Below are positions 56,351 through 64,000 of a stretch of 64,000 bases of DNA, piece after piece. The number at the start of each line of letters is the position of its first letter. The stretch's first letter is position 1. This DNA is from an uncultured Spirochaetota bacterium (lineage in GTDB: Bacteria; Spirochaetota; Spirochaetia; SZUA-6; Fen-1364). The notes under the pieces were generated by a model. It did no database searches. It worked only from the letters and a program-made list of their open reading frames with translations, and was not told the DNA's origin. The position numbers and the translations under genes were made by a program. Location: NCBI GenBank assembly GCA_963820525.1, contig CAWGAA010000001.1:128001-192000 (forward strand), given 5' to 3'.

Positions 56351-56655
56351 AGAAGCGCATTTTCGCAACATTGATCCTCTTCCTTTTCTTCGCCCTGCCC
56401 ATCGCCTTTGCCCAGGGCGAAGCCGCAGCGGCGCCGGCCGCATCGCCGTCCACCATCAAGTATATAGCGGCGGCGGTGGCGGTGGGGTTTGCGACGATCG
56501 GCGGAGGGATCGCGGTAGGCCAGATCGGCGCCGCGGCCATGGCCGCCATGAGCGAAAATCCTGAGCTTTCCGGCCGGGCCCTTCCCTACGTCGGATTGGG
56601 CGAAGGTATCTGTCTCTGGGGCTTCATCGTCGCCCTCATGATTCTCTCCGCGTAG
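56347..56655 (+). CDS. atpK: V/A-type ATPase proteolipid subunit K (single hairpin with an N-terminal leader)
   Basis: IGGGIAVGQIGAAAMAAMSENPE, GLGEGI; ATGA overlap with atpI. Confidence 0.92.
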   Translation: MKKRIFATLILFLFFALPIAFAQGEAAAAPAASPSTIKYIAAAVAVGFATIGGGIAVGQIGAAAMAAMSENPELSGRALPYVGLGEGICLWGFIVALMILSA

Positions 56656-56665
56656 CGGGCCGGCC

Positions 56666-56974
56666 GTGAACTTTCACGTCATTGGAGACGAAGAGATCGT
56701 CACGGGATTCCGTTTCGTCGGCGTCGAGGGAAGCGTCGCCTATTCCCGCGCCGAAGCGCTGGAGGCCTTCAAAGCGGTCACTACCGCGGCGGGGGAGGTG
56801 ATGGTCTTGATCATCACGGAGCAGATTTCCGCGATGATCGCGGAAGAGGTCATGGACTGGCAGTTCAACGGCTCCTATCCCCTGATCGTAGAGATTCCGG
56901 GGATCGAGGGGCACCTGGAGAACAGGAAAAGCCTCATAGATTCGATTCGTGAGGCCGTGGGAGTACATGTCTAG
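56666..56974 (+). CDS. atpF: V/A-type ATPase subunit F
   Basis: VIGDEEIVTGFRFVGV, PLIVEIP, IREAVG. Confidence 0.92.
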   Translation: MNFHVIGDEEIVTGFRFVGVEGSVAYSRAEALEAFKAVTTAAGEVMVLIITEQISAMIAEEVMDWQFNGSYPLIVEIPGIEGHLENRKSLIDSIREAVGVHV

Positions 56975-57143
56975 CCAGGGACGGCGGAAGGGCGCGGAGC
57001 CAGGGATGGCGGCAGTGCCCTCTAGCCCTGCGCCGGTACTCCGCCCTACGGCTGTACTCAGCCGTATTGGGCGGAAGGGCGCGGAACCCTGCGGCTGTAC
57101 TCAGCCCTGCGGCGGTAATCCGCCGCACAAGGCGGCAGTGCCC
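56974..57143. repeat. Mosaic intergenic repeat with 18-bp units and paired hairpins
   Basis: Four related 18-mers (57025, 57043, 57086, 57104); GGCGGAAGGGCGCGGA twice; GGCGGCAGTGCCC twice. Confidence 0.8.
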
Positions 57144-57171
57144 CATACAGTGCGCCGAAGGAGTTTTGCCG

Positions 57172-57771
57172 GTGGAAGTCGTTAAGACCAGCGAAGAGCT
57201 GGAGAAGCAGATCCTCGAAGACGCTCGCAGGAAAGCGAGCCGCATACTCGAGAACGCAGAGAAGGAGTGCGCCGCCATCCGCGCCGAATGGGCGAACAAG
57301 CTGAAGGTGGAGGGCGAGCGCATAGATGGCGAGCTCGAGATGAAGATGACTGCCCTGAGAGAGGAACTGGCGGCGTCTCTGCCGCTCGATTTCATGCGAA
57401 CACGGCTCTCCTTCATAGAAGAGACGGTCCGGGGGAAGCTGCGCGAAGTATTTCAGGGTCTGTCTGAAGAAGAAAACGCCGACATTATCACCGTTTTGGT
57501 GAAGCGAATACAGCCCGTATTCGAGGGAAAGACCGTGGTGGCGTACACCGGGGGCATCGCAGCAGCCCGGGCGGAGAAGATCTTGAAAACCATCCCCGGG
57601 ATCGCAGTGAAATCCATGAAGAGTCTCCCTCCCGAGAAAGGCCATGGGATAATCCTCGAGACTTCGGACGGCAAAATACGGTTCCGGGGTACCTTTGACG
57701 AGCTCGAGAAGCTCCTGATGGAAGAGCATCGTGAGGAGCTTGTCGAAGCGCTGTTGGGAAAGGAGATCTAG
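57172..57771 (+). CDS. atpE: V/A-type ATPase subunit E
   Basis: GTG after AAGGAG; ILEDARRKASRILENAE coiled coil; GIILETSDGKIRF. Confidence 0.85.
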   Translation: MEVVKTSEELEKQILEDARRKASRILENAEKECAAIRAEWANKLKVEGERIDGELEMKMTALREELAASLPLDFMRTRLSFIEETVRGKLREVFQGLSEEENADIITVLVKRIQPVFEGKTVVAYTGGIAAARAEKILKTIPGIAVKSMKSLPPEKGHGIILETSDGKIRFRGTFDELEKLLMEEHREELVEALLGKEI

Positions 57772-57809
57772 CGCGCACCGCCTGGGCGCGTCTGACGGGA
57801 TAAGAGAAG

Positions 57810-59564
57810 ATGCTTGAAGGAAAGGTCATTCGGATCAACGGTCCCATCGTGAAAGCCGTCGGGCTGGGCGCGAGCGGGCTCTACGACGTGGTGGAGATCG
57901 GAGAGAAAAGGCTCATAGGAGAGATCATCCGCCTGGATGGAGACACCGCCACCATCCAGATCTACGAAGACAACACCGGGATGCGGGTGGGGGAGAGCGC
58001 ATTCTCCCTGGAAAGACCGCTTTCCGTGCATCTCGGCCCCGGCCTCCTCGGCAAGATCTACGATGGAATCCAGAGACCCCTGCGCGAGATCAAGAAAACA
58101 GCGGGCGGCTTCATCATGCCGGGAATCAAGATCCCACCCATCGAGGCTGAAAAGAAATGGCGTTTTATGCCTTCCATCAAGAAAGGGGACCGCGTTGCGG
58201 CCGGCACCCAGCTGGGGGAGGTGAGGGAAACAGAGACAATCCTGCACCGGATCCTCCCTTTTCCCGAGATGAAGGAGGCGCTGCTGGAATGGATCGCCCC
58301 CGAAGGAGACTACGACCTCACCGAGACGGTGGCCCGCTACTCGGACGGCACGTCCTCCACGATGGCCCACTACTGGCCCGTTCGGCGTGCGCGGCCCTAT
58401 ATCCAGAAGCTTGGAATGGAGGAGCCCCTGGTCACCGGCCAGCGGGTCATCGACGTGTTTTTTCCCATCTCGCGCGGCGGAACTTCGGCAATCCCCGGCG
58501 GCTTCGGCACGGGAAAGACCATGATGCAGCACGCCCTCGCCAAGTGGTGCGACGCGGACGTGATCGTCTACATCGGCTGCGGAGAGCGCGGCAACGAGAT
58601 GACGGACGTGCTCACCTCGTTCCCCGGCATCCAGGACCCGCGCACGGGCAGGTCCCTCATGGAGAGGACCATCCTCATCGCCAACACCTCCAACATGCCC
58701 GTGGCGGCCCGCGAGGTATCGATCTATACGGGGACCACCCTGGCCGAGTACTACCGCGACATGGGCTATGACGTTGCGATCATGGCGGACTCCACTTCCC
58801 GCTGGGCGGAGGCGCTCAGGGAGCTGTCCGGCCGCCTGGAGGAGATGCCGGCGGACGAGGGGTTCCCCGCGTACCTTCCCACGCGGCTTGCCGAGTTCTA
58901 CGAGCGGGCTGGCAGGGTGAAAACCCTGGGGAAAAAGCTCGGTTCGATCTCCCTCATTGGAGCCGTCTCTCCTCCGGGAGGGGACTTCTCGGAACCGGTC
59001 ACCCAGCACACCAAGCGCTTCATCCGCTGTTTCTGGGCGTTGGACAGGGAGCTTGCCAATGCCCGGCACTACCCCGCCATTTCGTGGATAGACTCGTACA
59101 GCGAGTACGCGGAGGAGATCCGGGGCTGGTGGGAGAAAGTGAACCCTGACTGGAGGGGCACGCGGGAGAAGGCGCTCGACCTTCTGAAGCGCGAGCAGAG
59201 GCTTTCCCAGATCGTCAAGCTCATCGGCCCCGACGCGCTTCCCGACAATCAGAGGCTGGTGCTCCTCACGGCGGAGATGATCAAGAACGGCTTCCTCCAG
59301 CAGAACGCCTACGACGATATTGACATGTTCTGCGTTCCGGAAAAGCAGGTCCGCATCCTCAAGCTCATCATGGACTTCCATGCTCGGGCGCTCACAATCA
59401 TCCAGCTCGGCGCTCCCCTTTTGAAAATCCGGGAGCTTCCCTGCCAGGAGAAGATCGTGCGGGCAAAGTCCACGGTGAAAAACGAAGACCTGGCGAAGCT
59501 CTCCCAGATGGAGGCCGAGATGACCGAGGAGATGGACGAGCTTGAGAGGAGCTACAGGAGATGA
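57810..59564 (+). CDS. atpA: V/A-type ATPase catalytic subunit A
   Basis: [39 protein letters not shown]. Confidence 0.97.
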   Translation: MLEGKVIRINGPIVKAVGLGASGLYDVVEIGEKRLIGEIIRLDGDTATIQIYEDNTGMRVGESAFSLERPLSVHLGPGLLGKIYDGIQRPLREIKKTAGGFIMPGIKIPPIEAEKKWRFMPSIKKGDRVAAGTQLGEVRETETILHRILPFPEMKEALLEWIAPEGDYDLTETVARYSDGTSSTMAHYWPVRRARPYIQKLGMEEPLVTGQRVIDVFFPISRGGTSAIPGGFGTGKTMMQHALAKWCDADVIVYIGCGERGNEMTDVLTSFPGIQDPRTGRSLMERTILIANTSNMPVAAREVSIYTGTTLAEYYRDMGYDVAIMADSTSRWAEALRELSGRLEEMPADEGFPAYLPTRLAEFYERAGRVKTLGKKLGSISLIGAVSPPGGDFSEPVTQHTKRFIRCFWALDRELANARHYPAISWIDSYSEYAEEIRGWWEKVNPDWRGTREKALDLLKREQRLSQIVKLIGPDALPDNQRLVLLTAEMIKNGFLQQNAYDDIDMFCVPEKQVRILKLIMDFHARALTIIQLGAPLLKIRELPCQEKIVRAKSTVKNEDLAKLSQMEAEMTEEMDELERSYRR

Positions 59565-61018
59565 AAGGGGTAGAGTATCGGGGCCTCACCCGCGTCGAGG
59601 GGCCCATCATCATCCTCGATCGAGTCGAGAACGTGGGGCTGGGGGAGCTGGTCCTCGTCTACGACCGCGAAGGCAAGCAGCGGGAGGGCAGGATCATCGA
59701 GCTTTCCCAGAACGCCGTGGCCGTGCAGATATTCGGCTCCAACACGGGGCTCTCCACGGAGACATCCACCGTGGAGTTCCAGGGCAAGCCCATGGAGATG
59801 CGGGTATCCCGGGACATGCTGGGCCGGATCTTCAATGGGCTGGGCAAGCCCCTCGATGGGTATCCCGCCCCGTTCACCTCGAACGCCCGCGACGTGAACG
59901 GCATTCCCATCAACCCGGACGCCCGCACGTACCCCAAGGACTTCATCCAGACCGGGCTGTCCTGCATCGACGGGATGAACACCCTGATCCGGGGGCAGAA
60001 GCTACCCATCTTCTCGGGAAACGGCCTTCCCCACAACAGGCTGGCGGCGCAGATCATCAGGCAGGCCAGGATTCTCACAGCGGCGGAACCCTTCGTCATG
60101 GTGTTCGCCGCCATGGGGGTCAAGTACGACGTGGCGCGTTTCTTCATCGACAGCTTCGAAGAGAGCGGGGTGCTCGCCAATGTCGTCATGTTCCTCTCCC
60201 TTGCCGACGACCCCTCCATCGAGAGGCTCATCACCCCGCGCTGCGCCCTCACCGCGGCCGAGTACCTTGCATACGAGTGCGACATGCACGTTCTGGTTAT
60301 CATGTCGGACATGACGAACTACTGCGAGTCGCTCCGCGAGGTGTCGACCATCCGTGGAGAGATCCCCTCGCGCAAGGGATATCCCGGGTACCTCTACTCG
60401 GACCTTGCCTCGCTGTACGAGCGCGCCGGAAAAATCGAAGGCTCCCAGGGCTCGATCACACAGATCCCCGTGCTCACGATGCCCAGCGACGACATCTCGC
60501 ATCCCGTGCCGGACTTAAGCGGCTACATCACGGAGGGCCAGATCGTCCTCGAACGCGAGCTGTTTCAGAAGGGGATTTATCCTCCCGTGGCGGGCCTTCC
60601 CTCCCTTTCGCGCCTCATGAAAGACGGAATCGGAGCCGGCATGACCCGCGAGGATCACAAGGAGCTTTCCTCCCAGCTCTTCGCCGCCTACTCACGGGTC
60701 AAGAGCATCAGGAGCCTGGCTGCGGTGATCGGAGAGGAGGAGCTTTCCGAGCTGGACAGGATGTACCTCGGCTTCGGGGACCGCTTCGAGCGGGAGTTCC
60801 TGGCCCAGGGAGAACGCGAGAACAGGAGCATCGACCAGACGCTCGATCTGGGGTGGAAGATCCTCACGGCGCTTCCCAAGGGCGAGCTGTACAGGATCCG
60901 CGAAGAGATGGTGAGCAAGTATTATCCGCAAGATCTCACGGTGGCGGGGGGAGGGCCGGCGCCGATCCCTAGGGCGGGCGACCGCGCCGCCCCCAAGACC
61001 GCGGGACGCAAGGAGTAG
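59561..61018 (+). CDS. atpB: V/A-type ATPase subunit B
   Basis: [34 protein letters not shown]. Confidence 0.97.
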   Translation: MKGVEYRGLTRVEGPIIILDRVENVGLGELVLVYDREGKQREGRIIELSQNAVAVQIFGSNTGLSTETSTVEFQGKPMEMRVSRDMLGRIFNGLGKPLDGYPAPFTSNARDVNGIPINPDARTYPKDFIQTGLSCIDGMNTLIRGQKLPIFSGNGLPHNRLAAQIIRQARILTAAEPFVMVFAAMGVKYDVARFFIDSFEESGVLANVVMFLSLADDPSIERLITPRCALTAAEYLAYECDMHVLVIMSDMTNYCESLREVSTIRGEIPSRKGYPGYLYSDLASLYERAGKIEGSQGSITQIPVLTMPSDDISHPVPDLSGYITEGQIVLERELFQKGIYPPVAGLPSLSRLMKDGIGAGMTREDHKELSSQLFAAYSRVKSIRSLAAVIGEEELSELDRMYLGFGDRFEREFLAQGERENRSIDQTLDLGWKILTALPKGELYRIREEMVSKYYPQDLTVAGGGPAPIPRAGDRAAPKTAGRKE

Positions 61019-61024
61019 GAGCCG

Positions 61025-61654
61025 ATGGCCCGCTATGACGTTCCTCCGACCAAGTCGTCCCTGCTCGCCGTCAAGGAGCAGCTGTCGATTGCGCGGGAAG
61101 GCTTCGAGCTTCTCGAGCAGAAGCGCGAGATCCTCGTCATGGAGCTCATGCGGATGGTCGAGGAGGTGAAGCTGCTGGAGAGGGAGATGGACAAGCGCAT
61201 CGAGGGCGCCTACGGGACGCTTCGGCGCATGTTCGTTCGAGTCGGGCGTCAGTCGGCAAAGGAAATCTCCGCGGGGATACGCTTCGACTATACGGTGCGG
61301 GAGAAGCAGGGCAAGCTCATGGGCATCCCGCTTCCCACCCTCGACATGCAGATGCCCAAGATGGACCTCAAGTATTCGTTCATGAGCACATACAGCTCGT
61401 GCGACAAGACGATGATCGAGTTCTTCGAGCTGTTGAAGCTGGTGGCGCGCATGGCGGAAATCCGCACCATGGTATGGCAGCTGGCCAAGGAAGTGCGCAA
61501 GACCCAGCGCAGGGTGAACGCGCTGGAAAAGATCGTCATTCCCGACGTCCTGGAAACCAAGAGCTTCATCGAGGGAGTGCTCGAGGAGAGGGAGCGCGAG
61601 GTTTTCTTCGTTCAGAAAATCCTGAAGGCACGCTTGCTGGGAGAGAGAGTATGA
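61025..61654 (+). CDS. atpD: V/A-type ATPase subunit D
   Basis: PPTKSSLL, GFELLEQKR, KTQRRVNALEK, EERERE. Confidence 0.95.
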   Translation: MARYDVPPTKSSLLAVKEQLSIAREGFELLEQKREILVMELMRMVEEVKLLEREMDKRIEGAYGTLRRMFVRVGRQSAKEISAGIRFDYTVREKQGKLMGIPLPTLDMQMPKMDLKYSFMSTYSSCDKTMIEFFELLKLVARMAEIRTMVWQLAKEVRKTQRRVNALEKIVIPDVLETKSFIEGVLEEREREVFFVQKILKARLLGERV

Positions 61655-62133
61655 AAGCCCTGTTCCAGAATATCGTCGTGGCCGTAAGCGGCTCCGAGGC
61701 GTCAATCAGCGCAAGCAAGTTCGGCATCGCAATGGCCAAGCTGTACCGCTCCCGGCTCATCGCCGTGTACGTGGTGGATACGGCCACCCTCAAGGAGCTT
61801 CTGATATCCAAGATCTTCATCGAGGACGAGAGCTTCGAGTACGAGAAGAGCCTCGAGGAGAACGGCATGAGGTATCTCAACTACATCGAGGAGCTCGCCG
61901 ACACGAAGGGCGTCTCGGTGGAGAAGGTGATGAGAAAGGGAGCCATCTTCTCGGAGATCATCAAGGTGGCGGAGGAATCGGAAGCGGATCTCATCCTCCT
62001 GGGCGGGTTCGAGGAAAAGGGCGGATACCGGGACATCCTGAGCCGGCAGCACAGGGATATCCTGCGAAACGCAAAATGCTCGGTCCTCGTCGTGAAAGAG
62101 CCGAACATGGATTTCATCTTCAAAAGATTATAA
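61651..62133 (+). CDS. Universal stress protein
   Basis: NIVVAVSGS, ADLILLG, AKCSVLVVK; ATGA-coupled to atpD. Confidence 0.9.
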   Translation: MKALFQNIVVAVSGSEASISASKFGIAMAKLYRSRLIAVYVVDTATLKELLISKIFIEDESFEYEKSLEENGMRYLNYIEELADTKGVSVEKVMRKGAIFSEIIKVAEESEADLILLGGFEEKGGYRDILSRQHRDILRNAKCSVLVVKEPNMDFIFKRL

Positions 62134-62163
62134 TTGTGCGATAGTATCGCTTGCTTACTCTTG

Positions 62164-62192
62164 TTGACAGATTCAGTAAACTCTTCTACCCT
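62164..62192 (+). promoter_or_regulatory. Putative sigma70 promoter
   Basis: TTGACA-N17-TACCCT upstream of GGAGG. Confidence 0.55.
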
Positions 62193-62215
62193 GTCATTGT
62201 AAACCCGGAGGGATC

Positions 62216-62884
62216 GTGATGATAGACGTGCAGAAGAAGGTAATCGGGCTGTTCGAACAACTCATCACTCAGGGAGAAGAGATCAAGAATACCTGCAAGA
62301 AGCTCTCGTTCGCGGGGAACAAGAAAGCCATCGATCCCCAGACCTGGGAAACGTGGAAGACGAGCTGTCTCACCCTCCTCAGGTCCACGTTCGGCACTTC
62401 CAGCCCCCACTACGACAGTTTCTCCAACGTCAAGTTTTTCGACTATTACAACTCGACCCTCATCTACCTCGGAATCCTGCAGAGCGCGCGCGACGATATC
62501 GAGAAGGGCTATTTCTACCACAAGAACCTGATGCTGAGCGTCAATGTCTTCACCTCGTTCCTTTCACGCGCCAAGGCCTTTGAGGAAGAGGGACAAAGGG
62601 AGAAGGCGCTCGGGCTCCTGGAGACCGTCATGTCGGAGGGATTGAAGAAGCTTGCGGAAAGCAAGCGCCTGGCGATCTCCGCCTCCGACGGCCGCGAGCG
62701 CATCACGGAGGCACTCGTGACTGCCGGGGCCTTGAGCCAGGAGGCGCGAGAGAAGCTGGTCGAGCTGGATCGCTTCATCGCGGGAGGCCGGTCAGGCTCG
62801 GCGGCAGACTTCGCCCTCTGGAACACCTGGCTTCAGAAGTTCATCTACGAGAATCTCGGCTCCCAGATCGTCATCCTCAACTGA
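62216..62884 (+). CDS. Hypothetical helical protein, possibly an inactive HEPN/DUF4145-like homologue
   Basis: Own promoter and RBS; W.TS...LL...FG..SPHY..F and GILQSARDDIEKG pattern; no RxxxxH motif. Confidence 0.55.
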   Translation: MMIDVQKKVIGLFEQLITQGEEIKNTCKKLSFAGNKKAIDPQTWETWKTSCLTLLRSTFGTSSPHYDSFSNVKFFDYYNSTLIYLGILQSARDDIEKGYFYHKNLMLSVNVFTSFLSRAKAFEEEGQREKALGLLETVMSEGLKKLAESKRLAISASDGRERITEALVTAGALSQEAREKLVELDRFIAGGRSGSAADFALWNTWLQKFIYENLGSQIVILN

Positions 62885-62902
62885 AGAGAACCGCCGCACG
62901 GC

Positions 62903-63982
62903 TCACTGCTCGGCCGGTATTTTCACGCTGAGGAGCTTCGGTGTGTCCTGGACGACGAGCGCGTACAGGATATCCGCCCTGACCACGGCTGAAAGGCCAA
63001 GGAGAGGGATGTCGCTTTCCAGGAGAAGGGAGCGCTCGTATCGGCCCCCCCTCCGGCTGAGGAGCCAGAGCGCGTAGCTCGAAGCGCCTCCGCTCAGCCG
63101 CTTGACTCCGTCGTAGAGAAACAGATAGCCGGTCCCCCGAGGAGCCAGGAACAGGTTGGCGGTCTCTTCGCTCGCGCAGACGATTGTCGATCGAATATCC
63201 CCTCCGTCCGATTGCTCCAGGAGCAGGATCCTCTTTCTCCGCGGATCAAAGGAGGCCACGGCAAGGATGCCCCGCGGCGTCACCGCTGCAGAATAGACGC
63301 CTGTGGGCAGGGCAATCGCCTTCTCCTGCACGGCCATGTCCTTGATCGTGATCACAAGGAGCTTTCCCGATTGCGCGTCGAACACGGTGAACCCCCCGGA
63401 AACCGCCTTTCCCGGGGCCGCGGGAGTGAAGGGGAAGATGCCGGCGAATCCGATCCGGCCGCCGAGATTCGTCATGAGCGAATCAGAGCACCAGAAAGCC
63501 GCCGGCTCTCCCTTGCCGCCGGGCAGAATCGCTACAGGCCTTCCCGGGGGCTCCAGAACGTCGACGGTCCATGGGGCGTCCCCGTCGCGTGAGAGTTCTT
63601 TCAGTATCCGCCTGTCGTCCTTCTTACGATCCGCGTAGAGGATGTACACATCCTTTCCAAAGAGCGCGCTGGCGTGCTCCCCGAAATCGATCGCCCGGGT
63701 GGGAGCGACGTCGATCGTGTCCGTCACGGAGGGAGCCGGGGCGACGCGAGGCAGCTCGAACCCCCGGACGGGGATCTCCATGACGCAAAGGGAGGCCGAC
63801 TCCCAATTCGAGGTGACCGCAATGAGCCTGTCGCCCGCGTCCAAAAGGGATGTGAACCGGCCGGCGCGCGAGGTGGAGAGATCCAGGATGCGGCTCTCGA
63901 GCCCGATCGACGTGTCGCGCCCGCCGCAGCCGCCCAAGCTGAGCGAAACTGCCAAAAAGAGAATCATTGTCTTGACCCGCAT
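62903..63982 (-). CDS. Hypothetical lipoprotein, beta-rich
   Basis: Leader MRVKTMILFLAVSLSLGGC with a lipobox-like Cys; long ORF. Confidence 0.6.
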   Translation of the reverse strand: MRVKTMILFLAVSLSLGGCGGRDTSIGLESRILDLSTSRAGRFTSLLDAGDRLIAVTSNWESASLCVMEIPVRGFELPRVAPAPSVTDTIDVAPTRAIDFGEHASALFGKDVYILYADRKKDDRRILKELSRDGDAPWTVDVLEPPGRPVAILPGGKGEPAAFWCSDSLMTNLGGRIGFAGIFPFTPAAPGKAVSGGFTVFDAQSGKLLVITIKDMAVQEKAIALPTGVYSAAVTPRGILAVASFDPRRKRILLLEQSDGGDIRSTIVCASEETANLFLAPRGTGYLFLYDGVKRLSGGASSYALWLLSRRGGRYERSLLLESDIPLLGLSAVVRADILYALVVQDTPKLLSVKIPAEQ

Positions 63983-64000
63983 TTTTTTGCCACCGTATAC

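Noticed and set aside
57025..57127. 18-bp repeats as a CRISPR array
   Set aside because: Units are adjacent with no unique spacers, too short and degenerate, and no cas genes are present.

Overview
A GC-rich, mostly core-genome segment that is most likely from a free-living spirochaete (Spirochaetia). The assignment rests on flaA, cheX, a CheW-CheR-type coupling protein, uvrA-lptD adjacency and Treponema-like conserved hypotheticals. In order: (1) ATP-grasp, amidase, GerMN and flaA, then two inserted opposite-strand genes (a putative beta-barrel and a REC-PilZ protein), then cheA-cheW-cheX-cheY; (2) tRNA-Val(GAC) followed by a decaying accessory patch (MalT-like regulator, truncated Rieske oxygenase, MDR oxidoreductase, Fsr-like MFS, internally deleted ModF-like ATPase); (3) a SMUG1 uracil glycosylase, an uncalled 31-aa Lys/Arg-rich ORF coupled to an OmpA-family gene, and a PQQ-like propeller; (4) a periplasmic flavinylation cluster (NusG-II, Gx transporter, EcfT-like, double FMN-binding protein, ApbE); (5) an ECF transporter with yggS and rluD; (6) murI, rsgA, mutS2, uvrA, lptD, phoH, a PgpH-like HD protein, ybeY and a TPR protein; (7) pgk-tpiA-secG-PTS IIA and a complete V/A-type ATPase operon with a structured repeat insert, a Usp and two unknown genes. 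No CRISPR array, rRNA, transposase or integrase was seen. The most notable observations are the bS22-like micro-ORF, the FLEET-like flavinylation locus lacking Ndh2/Dmk genes, two G7-tract frameshifts, the REC-PilZ gene divergent from cheA, and covarying hairpin repeats inside the ATPase operon. All family assignments come from motif recognition by eye, not database searches.
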